Positions 38,698 through 52,065 of a stretch of 64,000 nucleotides of DNA are shown here, one piece after another (positions within the stretch are counted from its first letter, which is position 1; every line of letters starts with the position of its first letter). The notes under the pieces are model-generated. The model worked only from the letters and a program-made list of their open reading frames with translations, searched no databases and had not been told where the DNA came from. The DNA is from Eledone cirrhosa (lineage: Eukaryota), in the NCBI GenBank assembly GCA_964016885.1, contig OZ024741.1:412424001-412488000 (forward strand), read 5' to 3'. The translations under genes were made by a program, and so were the position numbers.

Positions 38698-41530
38698 GGT
38701 ACGCGCAAAAGTGAAACTAATCACTAAACGTAAAATCCGGGCTCCTGGTGTTGCCCTGCCCAAAAGATTGAATGCTGCTCGTCTTAAGGATAAAAATGTG
38801 AAGAGGACATTGGAAGAAGAGATGCAGGCTGCAGATCTTGGTGAGGATTAGCCGACCCTTAAAAAGTCGGTTTATGATGTAGGCAGGCGTGTTCTGGGAT
38901 TGGTGCTGAGAAAACATCAGGACTGGTTTAATGAGAATGATGTACATATAGAAGACTTGTTGACTGATAAGAGGCGTGCCCTATCACGCTACTTGACGAC
39001 AAAACCACAGGAGAGGAATACGTTGCATGAGGAACTCAGGGATGTAAATTAACGTGTTAGGCGGAGTCTTTCTCAGATGAAGGATCAGTGGTGGAGTGAG
39101 ATACAAACTGCGTCAGATTCCAATAACACAAAGCTGTTGTACAGTCTCTTGCGTGAGGTTTATGGACCGTCTTCTTCTCTGGTGACACCGCTTCGCAGCA
39201 AGGATGGCAAAGAACTTCTTCGTGACTCACAAGGAATTCTACGAAGGTGGCGAGAGCACTTTGATGATCTTTTGAATCAGCCGTCTGTCGTCAGTGAAGA
39301 TTTCCTCAATCTCATTCCAGAAAGTCCTGTGGAAGTAGCTCTCGCAGAACCTCCGACGCTTGTGGAGGTTGCAGTGGCTATTTCGAAGCTGAACAGTGGA
39401 AGATCTCCAGGTATGGATGGCATACATGCTGAGCTCCTACAATATGGTGGTGAGAGACTCCTGCAACATCTTCACTCTTTGTTTGGATATGGGCTAATGA
39501 ATCCGTACCTGAGGACTGGAGAGATGCAGTAATGGTGGTCTTGTACAAGGGAAAGGGTAACAGGAATGATTGTGGGAACTACAGAAATATATCATTGCTT
39601 TCTGTCGTAGGGAAAGTTTTATGTAGGGTGCTTCTGAACCGTCTGCTGACACACATTGCAGATTGTGTTCTTCCTGAAAGTCAATCTGGTTTTCGTGCTG
39701 GACGCGGCAGTACTGATATGATCTTCTCAGCTAGACAGCTCCAGGAGAAGTGAATGGAACAAGGCTTGGATCTGTATCAGGTTTTTGTCGATCTGACAAA
39801 AGCTTTCGATACTGTTAACAGATGCATTATGGAAGGTTCTCCAGAAACTTGGTTGCCCTGATAAGTTCCTTGCTTTAGTTAGGTCTTTCCATGACGACAT
39901 GAAGGCTTGGGTTAATGTCGGAGGTAACATGTCGGAGCCTATCTCAGTAAAAAATGGTGTGAAACAGGGGGATATTCCAGCACCGACCCTGTTTTCCATA
40001 TACTTTGCAATGGTTTTCTGTATTGCATTCAGGAATTGCGAGCATGGTGTTTACATCCGATATCGAACCTCAGACAGGATATTTAACATCAGGCGCTTTG
40101 CTGCGAAGACAAAAGTATTTACATCAATCATAAGAGACCTCTTGTATGCAGATGATTGCGATCTTGTAGCGCACACAGAGAGTGATATGCAGCACATTTT
40201 GAATGCATTTTCTGACGCTTGCACTGCCCTAGGATTGACTGTCAGTCTCAAGAAAACCGTCGTCATGTACCAACCTGCCTCTGGTAAGCAGTACACTGAA
40301 CCAAACATCTATGTGTATGGCAAACGACTTGGAGTGGTTCATCAGTTTGTCTACCTTGGAAGCACTGTCAATCGATACGGCAACCTTGACAGTGAAATCT
40401 CACTTAGTATTAGGAAAGTAAGTGATGCTTTCGGAAAGCTAGAAAGGCGACTCTGGGGTCGGCGAGACATATGCAGGAGGACAAAGGTAAAGGTGTACAG
40501 GACATGTGTGCTCTCTTCTCTTCTTTATGCCTGCGAGACCTGGGTCACATATCGACACCACCTTAAGCAATTGGAGCGTTTCCATCAGATGTGTCTCAGA
40601 CGGATCCATGGCGTTCACTGGCGGGACCACATCAGTGATGTCGAGATTTTGGAAAGCTCTATGTGTGACAGTATAGAAGCTCTTGTGCTTAAGCAACGAC
40701 TCCGTTGGAGTGGTCACCTTGCCAGGATGAAGGATTCTAGAATACCAAAACAACTCTTCTATGGAGAGTTGGTTAAAGGAAAACGACCGCCACATAAACC
40801 AAAAAAGAGGTATAAGGATTCCTTGAAAGCCTCTCTGAAAGACGCTAACATCTCTGCTGATACATGGGAAAATATTGCTGCTGATCGTAATAAATGGAGA
40901 AAGACTGTATATGAGGGAAAAGTTGCCTTTGAGGCATCTCGAATCGCATACGAGAAAGTAAAGCGGGATGTGAGGAAGGGCATTGCTGTGCACTTCCAGA
41001 CGGCGAAGGTCCTCCTATGGTGCTGACATGCAGCGTCTGTGCGAGGCTCTGCCTAAGCAAAGCTGGACTCGAAAGTCATCTTCGCAGTCATAAAGTAAAA
41101 CCAGTGGTTGATTACCAGGCTGCTGTTGGAGATGCTACTCATAATGCTTGCCAAACATGTGGTAGAGAATGTAAGTCAGTAGGAGGGCTCAAGCGACATG
41201 CAAAAGTACATGAACTCCAACCACAGCCGACTATTCCCAGTGAATATTTTGGTTGCCGACTCTGTGCAAGACATTTTAGATCATTGGCTGGGCTAAAAAG
41301 CCACATTCGATCGCAGCACTGTTAGTTGCTATCGTGTGTGTGTGTGCGTGTGTATAGATATGTTTATGTGTGCGCGTGTATGTGTATATATATATGTATA
41401 TGTATATTATTATTGTTGTTGTCGTTATTATTATTGTTGTTATTATTATTATTATTGTTATTAATGTATGTGTGTGTGTATATATGCGTGTGTGTGTATA
41501 TGTGTATGTATGTGTGTGTGTATGTATGTA

Positions 41531-41583
<53 letters not shown>

Positions 41584-41605
41584 ATATATATATATTTCTT
41601 TTTTA

Positions 41606-41636
<31 letters not shown>

Positions 41637-41712
41637 TTTTATTTATTTATTAATTTTTTTTCTTCTCCTCGTGCAATGGCCATACTCGATAACGAGGGGG
41701 CAGCCATCATGT
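38698..41712 (+). mobile_element. RTE-clade LINE, 5'-truncated, disrupted RT, three C-terminal C2H2 fingers, (TATG)n tail
   Basis: RWREHF, SPGMDGI, QSGFRAGR, GVKQGD, LYADD, FVYLGS, RLRWSGHL and RIPKQLFYGEL motifs. ORF 41017-41325 has three CxxC-x12-H fingers. Confidence 0.92.
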
Positions 41713-41814
41713 ATGTATGTATGTATGTATGTATGTATGTATGTATGTATGTATGTATGTATGTATGTATGTATGTATGTATGTGTGTGTGTATGTGTGT
41801 GTATGTGTGTGTAC

Positions 41815-42407
41815 GTGTGTGAAACCCGAGAAGTACCCAACCGATCTTTTTTAACCTTTACATGTGTATTACTTATATTTCAGGGAGTGTTATGTACATT
41901 AAAAAAAATTCAACTTTTTGATCCCCTAGGGCCCGCATTAGGTGAAAAACTGCGTTTCCCCCAGCTTTTTAGGGCTTTTTTGAGGTGTTACGTCAGACCG
42001 ATTTCCTTGAAATTGTAACTATGTATTAGTCAGTCTCTTCTTCATACCGTGAGCAAAGAAAACCCAACTTTTTTATGACCTAGGGCCGGTATTAGGTGAA
42101 AAACTTCATTTTTTTCAGCTTTTTAGGGCTTTTTTGAGGCGTTACGCCTAGCCGATTTTTCCGAAATTTCAAGGCATATTATGACTATAAAAAAATTCAT
42201 TTTCTTGATCCCCTAGGGCTCGCATTAGATGAAAACCTGCCTTTTTCCTGCTTCATCGAAGAAAATCTTAGATTATCCAGCCATCAGAGTATTCGGTTTA
42301 TTTTCTTTACATATTGTCCAGGCAAACAGTTTATCCATGATTAGGTTTGTTGGTGGCCCGCGTTCCAAAATACCTTATCCCGTGCAACGCCGGGTACCAC
42401 TGCTAGT
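41815..42407 (+). mobile_element. Non-autonomous Helitron-like element with about 150-bp internal repeats
   Basis: Ends CCCGTGCAACGCCGGG..CTGCTAGT. CCTAGGGC..ATTAG recurs near 41925, 42079 and 42212. Confidence 0.62.
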
Positions 42408-42964
42408 ATAATACAAAATGGACTGTACTTTTAATTCATAGGGGCGGCCGTGTCACACACTGAATCTCCCTTAGAATTACGGTGAAAATGAGAGTGTTTC
42501 TGGAATGCCTTGTTATTTGCAGGTTATTTCCTAATTACAATATTCCGAAGATCAAACAACTGGAATATTGGTCATGGAAACTGACGGATATCCGTTCATT
42601 ATGGGTGGAAGAGGAAGACCAAGAACGACGTAGACAGACAGTGTTGCTGTGAAATTCTTTGGCTTAGACATAAACACAGCTTTATGAAACGTTATATGAA
42701 TATATTTAATGTGTTGGATCTCTGTGTTTTCCTACAATAAGTGTTCAACGTAAACTTCAGGGAGATTCAGCTGATACTGTATTAGAAGGTTTCCACATTG
42801 AATTGTATGTATAACTCATTTTTGCCAGCTGAGTAGATTAGACTAATTTTAGAGTTGACACACTTGATATTGCTTCTTACATTGATGTAAAATTAGATTG
42901 TATCGTTTCAGTTTGACCGTTTGGTAATTTTAGGGCTGATGGTTCTGCCTGGAATTGAGGCCAA

Positions 42965-43188
42965 CAGATAATGTCAACAATGAAAAGAACAATAGAAACA
43001 CTTCTTCCATGGTCTGGTCAGATAGTATCAGTAATGGAAAGACCAATGGAAACATTGTATTCTTGGTCTCGTCAGATAGTATCAGTAATGAAAAGACCAA
43101 TAGAAACATTGTCTCCTTGGTCTGGTCAGACAGTATCAGTAATGGAAAGACCAATGGAAACATTGCTTGTTTGGTTTGGTCAGATAAT
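42965..43188. repeat. 54-bp minisatellite, about 4 copies
   Basis: GTCAGA..GTATCAGTAATG..AAGACCAAT..AAACATTG recurs every 54 bp (43013, 43067, 43121, 43175). Confidence 0.9.
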
Positions 43189-43239
43189 ATATAAAGTGTT
43201 CTGGCAGACCATCCGTTGACTTCGTAATGAGAAGCCCTA

Positions 43240-43903
43240 CTCCACATCTGCTATCAAGAACGCATCTGGGGCTGTCCTCTCTTCATACAGGTGCATCCTC
43301 GCGAGGTGGAGAGAATACTTTGCTGATCTCCTAAACCCGATCACAACAGCATCTTCTGATGTACACGAGGTGCATCTCTCAGAGGCTGGTGTCACAAGAA
43401 TAGTTAAAGAGCTCAAATGTGACAAGGCCGATGGGGAAGATGAAATACGGGCAGAGGTGTTAAAAGCCTTGAATAGAGAAGGTATTCTCTGGCTGACTCG
43501 TGTGTGCCGGGTGGCCTGAATCTCTGGAAGGGTACCTAAGTAATGGCAATCGGGAGTGATAATCCCAATTTTCAAAAAGGGAAACAAAAGAGACTATTCC
43601 AATTACAGAGGGGTCTCCTTGTTAAGCTTCCCCAGTAAAGTCTATACTAAATGACTGGCAAAGAGATGCAGGGAGATTGTCGAGTCCAAGCTGACTGATG
43701 AACAGTGTGGTTTTTGCCCCGGACACAGCATAGCCGACCAAATATTCACACTACGAGAGATTTTCGAGAAATCATGGGAGTATTGCCAAGAGGTATATTC
43801 TTGTTTGTCGACCTGGAAAATGAATATGACCGCGTTCCTCAGGACTTGCTGTGGAAGGTTGTGCAGGAGTATGGGATTGATGGTCAGCTTCTTGCTGCCC
43901 TGG
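43240..43903 (+). mobile_element. Degenerate RTE fragment (second family)
   Basis: Translates to RWREYFADLL, GEDEIRAEVLK, IIPIFKKG, NYRGVSLLS and EQCGF. Confidence 0.8.
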
Positions 43904-44747
43904 TGTAGATGGACAGAAAAAATAATGTATGGACAATTCCATAGAGATGTTGAAGATTGGACAGACAGAGAAGAAATGTGGTTATGCATGGCTAAGAGTG
44001 ATCTAAACCGGAAACAGGAGGCTTAACCTGTGCTGCTCAAGAACAAGCACTAAGGACTAACTACATCAAGCATAGAGTAGACCGCACAGCAGAAAGTGAT
44101 AAGTGTAGAATTTGTGGCATGAATGGAAAACCTGTATGGCATATTACCAGACGATGTACACCACTAACTCGGAAAGAATATAAGAGACGTCACACCATAG
44201 TAAGGATAGTCCATGGGCAGTTTGTGGCAAATATGCATTTGACAGAGAAGAAGAGTGGTACGAAGATAACATGCAAAGATCCTGTGGGACCATGTGGTAC
44301 AATGTGACAATAAGATTAAACATAGGAGACCAGATGTTGTACTAATTGTGAAAGAAAGCAGTGTTATATATATAGCCTGTTATAGATCATAGATATAGCC
44401 TGTCAAACTGATAACAAGGTATGCGATAAAGAAGGAATAAAATGATTGATGTGGCAGTTGTGATCACTGAAAAAAGTGGTATTAATACCAATAATAGTTG
44501 GAGTATTAGGAACAGTGAGTAAAGATCATGAGAAGTACATTAACCAAATAAGGATTGCAATACGGATAGAGCACTTGCAAAAAACAGCATTGCTTGGAAC
44601 AGTTCGAATACTACGGAGGGTACTCGAAAAATAAGGGATGTTACTTCAGTTCACTGGTAGTGAACAGCTAACACCCTAATACATTTCCACCGTTAGAAGC
44701 TGAGCGAAGAAACAACAACAACAACAACAACAACAATAATAATAATA
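43904..44747 (+). mobile_element. Degenerate R4/Dong-like 3' fragment with (CAA/TAA)n tail
   Basis: MYGQFHRD, AAQEQALRTNY, CRICG, HRRPD and LQKTALLGT motifs in broken frames. Confidence 0.8.
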
Positions 44748-44965
44748 GTTTCTACTTTAGACACAAGGCCAGCAATTTGAAGGGGAGAGTAAAGTCGATT
44801 AAATCGACCCCAGTTCATTACTGGTGCTTTATTTTATCGACCCCGTAAGGATGAAAGGCAAAGCTAACCTCGACGGGATTTTAACTCAGACCACAAAGGG
44901 CCGTAACTCTATACCGCAAAGCATATTGCCCGACACTCTACCTGTACTGCAAATCCATCTCAGTT
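44748..44965 (-). mobile_element. tRNA-derived SINE
   Basis: Homologous to 3270-3455 and 49714-49929. Confidence 0.75.
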
Positions 44966-44999
44966 ATAATAATAAGAATGTTTCCCCATATCCCAGTAT

Positions 45000-46990
45000 G
45001 AGTCATAGAAAGGATGCCAAGCGGATGGACACCATCAAGACAGAATTGCGAGGAGGAAATATACAAAGAGAACAATACCTGTGATAAAAGATGTAAGGGG
45101 ATGCTGTGGTAAATTACCCTTCTATAACATGTCTAAACATTCTATGGAAGGTTCTCACTGGAATATTTGCAGGGAAGATATATGCTTTTCTGTCACAGGA
45201 AGGAATACTAACAAGGAAACAAAAAGGATGTAGGAAGAAGTCTCAGGGTATCAAGGATCACCTGGTTATTGATAAGACAGTTTTGAGGCATGGTAAGAAA
45301 TATCACACAAACATGTTTATGGTCTGGATAGACTTTAAGATGGTATATGATATGGTGCCCCATTCTTGGATTGGTGAATGTCTACGGATGTTTGGTATTG
45401 CTGACAACATCAGAAAGTTTATGTTGAATAGTATGATAGAGTGGAAAACCAAGTTATACTCGAGCAATGACTTTCTAGGAGAAGTAGGAATTAAAAGATA
45501 TCTTCCAAGGGGACTCATTCTCACTGTTACTATTTGTTATAGCACTGATACCTATAACACTCACACTTTACCAGTGTGGAAAGCAAGGGTCCTTCATAAA
45601 CCAGCTTCTGTTTATGGATGACCTGAAACTGTTTGGGAAGTCTGAAAACTAAATAGACTTATTGGTTCAGATATGTAACTGACATAGTATGGAATTTAGG
45701 ATTTCCAAATGCTCTGTACTCAACATGAAAAGAAGAAATCAGCCTGCAGTAGATTACGACTGCCATTGGGAGAAACCATGGGAGAACCAGAAGATAGTGG
45801 CTATAAATATTTGGGGATTTTAGAACCAGATGATATTTTGCACGCAGAATTGAAAGAAAAGATTAGAGGGATATATTTAAAAAGAGTAAAAAATGATTTA
45901 AAAATCCAATTTCTATCCAAAATTGGATAGAAAGACGAGAAAATTAAAGACATTGTACGGAGCTTTACAACCTAAAGCAAATATATATAAGACTATACAT
46001 GAAGAGAAAGAATGGTGGCAGAGGCCTCATCTGTGAGGATCATTGTATAAGGAGTGAATGGAGAACACTTGCTGAATATTTGGTAAACAGTGACGAAGAG
46101 TCGTTGCAATATGCAGCAGAAGACATGGGTATAAATGCAATAGAAACGATTGGAAAGGAATATTTTTACCAAAGAGAAGAGAAAAGAAAAGATCCTCTGG
46201 GAATGAGGAAACGTGGTCAGTTTCAGAGAAATACACAGGACATCAACGATAACAAATCGTGGACATGGCCTAAGCAAGGTGATTTGAAACGTGCCTCTGA
46301 AGGCCTTATAGTTCAAGATCAAGCCCTTGCTATAAATTCGGTGAAATATAACATCTACAAAACTTCTGACACGCAGAAATGCAGGCTCTGTGGAACGAAT
46401 GTGGAAAATGTGGCCCACGTGGTAAGAAGATGTGAGAACATTGCTGAAAAAGAATACAAGTGTCACCATGATAAAATGTCCATATACCTTCTTTGGCTTC
46501 TGTGTCGTAAATACCAATATGATGTCATAAAGATTTGGTATGAGCATGTCCCTTGTAAAGTGATGCAAGAGGGTGGGATATTCTGGGATTATGATTTTCA
46601 AACTGATTGAGTAATTAAGCATCACCAATCAGACATTAATGTGTTGATCAAGAAAGACAGATACCGTCAGATCATCGATGTGGCCATACCAAATGACATG
46701 AATATTGCGAGTAAGGAGACTGAAAAAGTCACCAGGTACTCTAAATTGAAAGTGGAGATGACAAGACTATTTGGAATGTAAGAGGGTAATGTGAAAGTGA
46801 TACCAGTTGTGATCGGGACATTAGGGTCAATCCCATTCAAAGTTCAAGACTTCTTAAAGTGACTAGGAATAACCATACAGGTTGGGTGTTATACAAAAGG
46901 TAGCTTTGTTAGGTACTGCACACATTTTGAAGAAAATATTATCTGTCTGAGGTCCTTGTTGTGACTTGACAGATGACTAAATACTCTAAA
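45000..46990 (+). mobile_element. Old degenerate R4/Dong-like element
   Basis: [41 protein letters not shown] and CRLCG in ORFs 45106, 45709 and 45999. Confidence 0.85.
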
Positions 46991-46994
46991 TGTT

Positions 46995-49527
46995 GTAATT
47001 GCAGAGCTGAAACAACGCATTCTTCCAAAGAAACCAAAATTAATTAGATTTGAGCCAAGGATTAAACAATGACGGCAAAACCGATTGTTTAGAATCAACC
47101 AAAAAAGATGTTATCAATTATATTAAGAAGATCAGAGGATAATGAACAGGGATTTGGAAGTATTAAATGCAGAAGAAACAGAATTTCTATGTGACTTCAA
47201 GAAGATTGATCAATGGAGACAAAATGAAGAAACAAGTAAAAGTCAATAATGTATTGAAACATATCTCACAAACAAACTCATTAAGACTGTAGGTAAGATT
47301 GTTCCAGAAAGGATCGGATTGAAGATCAACGAGAAGATTTTCAAAGAAAGAAAAGGAAATAAAGTACCTTTCTGAAGAATGTAGTGTCAATGTTTGACAA
47401 GAACAGAATATAATCTTTGTGAAGAGTGTAGTGTCAATGTTTGACAGGAAGAGAATATTATCTCTGTGAAGATTTGAGCCAAGGATTAAACAATGACGGC
47501 AAAACCGATTGTTTAGAATCAACCGAAAAAAGATTTTATCAAGAATTGATGAGTTATCTTGTGAGAGATTATTTCTTGATGTAACTGAAAGTTGAGATAT
47601 GGAGCAAGAAGAACGTAATACTGAAGTTTGAAGAAAACAAACCTTTATCCCCAGTAAGAGGCTATCCTATTTACAGAAGAAAATATCAGAAATATGAGCA
47701 AAATGGTGATTAATTAAACAGTAGCAGGACCTGGTGTTGTCAGGAATTCTGGATAAAGAAGTTCTGTTAGTGTCATAGACTAAATGCAGAACACTTTAAT
47801 GCATTGATTGAAGGATCAGAACAAATTCCAATGTGGTTGACCATAAGCTGAACAGTGTTGTGTTTGAACGATGTCTCGAAAGGAAATACTGTTGACAATT
47901 ACAGGACAATTTCTTGTCTTCCTTCAATGTGGAAGTTACTTTCAGAAGTGATTGCAGAAGAAACGTACAAATGTCTTGATGACAATATTTTGACAGGAAC
48001 AAAAAGGATGGAGATGAAAATACAGAGGTACCAAAGACCAATTATTGATAAAATGGTAAAGCAAGATTGTAATAGAAAGAAGAGAAATTTGGGAATGGTG
48101 TGGATTGACTATCACAAAGGTTACAATACGATTCCACATTCGTGGATCATTGAATATTTGGATATGTTTAGAAATACATGGAATGTAATAGGTTTTCTGA
48201 AGAGGAGTAAAATAGGTAGGAAAATTGAGTTGAGATTGTACGGATAAAGTTTGAATATTCCGGGCATCTGGAGAGGGTTTTATCAAGGAGATAGATTATC
48301 TACGTTGCTTTTTTTTACTTTGTGAGATTTCCCCTGACCTAGTACTGAGGAAAAGGGGACCTAGGATATCAGTTCAAAAGAAAAACACAAAGGATCAATC
48401 ATCTCCTCTACTTGATTGATTTGTAGTTGTATAGCAAAGATGTTGTTTTAATGTTGATGTTGTGTGGTGTGATGACTGTGAAATAAGGCAAGGTACATTC
48501 TCTGGAATGGATAGAATTACTTAATGAGGAAATAATGAAACGAATTGATATGTAACTTGGCATAGGACAGTTCTATGGAATTATGGAGAAGGAAATGAAG
48601 GAACCGCTGAAGAAAGAGTATTTTTAAAACTACGATTCATGCTGCACTCAAAATTGAGTGCAAAGAATAAATTTCAAGCAGAGAATACATGGATGGTAAC
48701 ACGAAGTAGGTATGCAGCTGGAATATTAAATTGGCAAAAGAATAAACTGAGGATTTGAAACAGGAAGACACGGAAATTATTGACATTGTAGGAAGAATTT
48801 CATCCCAAGAGTGACAGAAATCGGTTGTACTTGTTGTGGGGGAGGTTTGATTAATTGCCAGTATTGTGTTGAATCAGTGGAAACCAATTTAGGGTGGTAT
48901 GTAAAACGTCATGGAACCATTGTTAATGCATGTGAAGAAGTCTAGCATCGTTAAAACTGACAACTGTAGTGAGAAAGAAAAGATATAAAGATAAACAAAG
49001 AACTGACAATTACATAGCATGTTAGGGAAAATGTATTTACAGTTTGAAAGATATGAGAAGACGAAGACTGATAGAGAAGGCTGATGGTTAAGGATGAGGA
49101 AGAATGACTTGAAAACAGAATCAAAAGTACTGTGCGGCTCAAGAACAAACATTAACAACTATAGAATTAATAAAACAACTGAGAGTTACAAATGTAGAAT
49201 GTGAAGTGAGAAAGATGAAACAGTGTGGCACATTGGTAGTAAGGGTCTGAAACTGGCAAAATACAAATGACGACAATGTGATAGCAATTGGAGCAACTGG
49301 AAGTATTGATACCCAACTCCTAGCATGGCTCGAAAAGATTGGAACAAATATAAAGACAGAACACTTACATAAATCATGAATGAAGCAGCAAGAGTTGTCG
49401 GCAGAGTTCTTGAAGCATGGACAGTAAACAAGTGTCACCTTAGCTGGTTGTGGACAGCTGATACTTTCTACCATCTCCAGCAGAATAAAGCTGAGTTTTT
49501 CCGTGCGATAATAATAATAATAATAAT
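46995..49527 (+). mobile_element. Highly degenerate R4/Dong-like element ending in (TAA)n
   Basis: NYRTISCLPSMWKLL, WIDYHKGY..IPH and YQGD remnants. 47047-47108 is duplicated at 47470-47531. Confidence 0.75.
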
Positions 49528-49929
49528 TGTTTCTACTTTAGGCACAAGGCCAGCAATTAATCAGTACATTACTGGTACTTTATTTTATCGACCCCGTAAG
49601 GATGAAAGGCAAAGTTAACCTCGGCGGGATTTGAACTTTAAACTATGCTAGAAAGCATGGCGTTCAACCCTCTACCAATACTGCCAATTCACCGCCCTTA
49701 ATAATAATAATAATGGTTTCTACTTTAGACACAAGGCCAGCAATTTGGAGGGAAGGGGAAAGTCGATTAAATTGACTCCTGTGTGTTACTGGTGCTTAAT
49801 TTTAAGCCCTTAAGGATGAAAAGCAAAGCTCACCTCGGTGGGATCTGAACTCAGAATGTAAAGAGCCGTAGCTATATGCCACAAAGCATGTTGTCCGACG
49901 CTCTACCGACACTGCGAATCCACCGCCCT
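49528..49929 (-). mobile_element. Two tandem tRNA-derived SINEs (49528-49699 and 49714-49929)
   Basis: Each begins GGGCGGTG on the minus strand, has a GTTCARATCC B-box-like motif and a TTA tail. Confidence 0.8.
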
Positions 49930-49930
49930 C

Positions 49931-49970
<40 letters not shown>

Positions 49971-49984
49971 ACAATAATACTTAC

Positions 49985-50551
49985 TTGAGCGCCTTTTGAA
50001 GACCTATGGTTAGTGAGAAAATTCCAGATTATTGATTTTATTCTTCCGTATTTCTCTGTCTCGATTCTTTGAGGATCATATTCCACATGTGTCTTTTTCT
50101 GGGCTTCTTCCAGTTGGTTCAGTGAATCGTAGGTTGAATTCCACGAATCGAAGGTATTCCAACAGCATTTTTCTATGCGGCATTCGTTGATTCCCCAGAA
50201 CTCTAACTCTTGTTTGGCTAATTTACCACAAACATTTACAGGCACATGTAGCATGCCCGTCCGTTGGTATTCCAAGATGGATGAAAATAGTGAAGGGTCA
50301 CGGTCGAAGAAATAATCGTTGAATTTCTTGCGATAAAACTGATTTAAGAAGTCGCTATCGGATAAATTACTGAGATTCTTGCGGTATAAATTCGAACGAT
50401 ATGTTTCAAAGATTGTTCCACGTAAGTTGAAGACAACGGTGGGAGCTTCTGGGTCAGAGACACCGGTAACCTCAAATGTGGTCGGATCAAATTTAGTTCC
50501 TGGAATCAAAGCAGCAAGTGCTGTTCTTTTTAATCCCTTTGATTTCGTCAT
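49985..50551 (-). CDS. First coding exon of a voltage-gated K+ channel alpha subunit, Shaw/Kv3-like (T1/BTB domain up to pre-S1)
   Basis: 189 codons from ATG at 50551 to a phase-0 GTAAGT donor at 49984. YFFDRDP, ILEYQRTG, HVPVNVC..ELEFWGI..EKCCW (HX5CX20CC zinc motif of non-Shaker Kv) and the pre-S1 IW..SSKGAQ. Confidence 0.9.
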
Positions 50552-50559
50552 TGTAGATA

Positions 50560-50603
<44 letters not shown>

Positions 50604-50745
50604 TAATAATAATAATACAAAACTATCTAATATATCGATATATTATATAATATACCTATTTATATTTATTTATTTATGTATGTATGTTTATATATATATA
50701 TATTTGTGTACAATCTTTTTCACTTTTTATTGGTTTCAGTATATC

Positions 50746-50793
<48 letters not shown>

Positions 50794-51128
50794 TACTTTA
50801 TATATAATTTGTCAATAAATCGCTGATCACTGTACGTACATGTTATATGTTGGGGGAAATAAACATGTCTGTTAAGTCATATATATTGGCATGTATGTTT
50901 TACATTTGTATATGTTCCTTTGATTCATGTAAATTATTTTTATTATTATTGTTATTGTTTTTGTTGTTGTTGTTATTATTATTATTGTTGTTATTATTAT
51001 TATTATTATTAATAGCTAGAAGAGGGGAAGTCGTTAAGTGAATTAACCTCCTGTTTCAAAGGTATTTATAAGTATTTTTTTCTACAGACAAACCAACCCA
51101 TCCCACCACATTCCTATGTGGGACGTAA

Positions 51129-51142
51129 ATAGCAGCAGCAGC

Positions 51143-51181
<39 letters not shown>

Positions 51182-51182
51182 T

Positions 51183-51231
<49 letters not shown>

Positions 51232-51304
51232 CAGCAGCAGCAGTAGTAGTAGTAGTAGTAGTAGCAGCAGCAGCAGCAGCAGCAGCAGTGGTAGCAGCAG
51301 TATC

Positions 51305-51344
<40 letters not shown>

Positions 51345-51412
51345 GTAGTAGTAGTAGTAGTAGTAGTAGCAGCAACAGCACTAGTAGTAGTAGTGGAAGT
51401 AGTAGTAGTAGT
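51129..51412 (+). repeat. Compound (AGT/AGC/ATT)n microsatellite
   Basis: Direct reading. Confidence 0.95.
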
Positions 51413-52005
51413 AAAATCAAGCCAAGTGTCACCACGACGCAGTTTGTTTCATATTTTGTGTGGGTTAGGTGTTTTTTTTCTCCTCTTCGCTTAATTAATA
51501 AACCCGTTGAAGAAGTTATCGTTTATCTTAACGATGGCCTGGTCTTCTTCGCTAGTAATTAATTAGCTAATTACTTGTTTAATTTATCACAAAATTACTC
51601 TAAACCTAACCCACAAGGGTCTATTTCACAAAATGTTTCTCCCTAAAAGGGGCCCCACAAATACCTGGGTCACAAAATTACTCCCCCTCTACTAAGTACT
51701 CAAATGTGACTCCCTGTTGTGGACTTACTTCAGTAATTGGACACAGAAGAAAACTTGGAGATAATACAAGATGATGTTGGTGGATATGGATAAGAAATTA
51801 CGATGGTAATAATGATGTTGGTGGTGGTGCTGGGGACTTATATATATATATATATATATATCCTACATCCACTTTCTCTGTCACTAGGGATAATTCTCAA
51901 CTATTATTTATAGTGACCGATTATTATTATTATGATCATTTGCATTGCGACGCACACAATTTTCAAATGTTAACTTTTCACAATGTTTCCTAAGTCTACA
52001 GCTTT

Positions 52006-52065
<60 letters not shown>

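Noticed and set aside
41017-41325. Host C2H2 zinc-finger gene
   Set aside because: It lies between the RTE RT C-terminus and the RTE 3' tail and lacks TGEKP linkers; treated as part of the element.
42965-43188. Possible CRISPR array or repeat-protein exon
   Set aside because: Units repeat over their whole 54 bp with no unique spacers and no cas genes, in a eukaryotic context; frames are open only because 54 is divisible by 3.
49802-50620. The full 272-aa ORF as annotated in the track
   Set aside because: The poly-Tyr start and the poly-Thr/SINE end are read-through into microsatellite and intron; the supported exon is 50551-49985.
51420-51720. Promoter of the K+ channel gene
   Set aside because: The position is plausible, but no diagnostic motif or transcription start can be supported from sequence alone.
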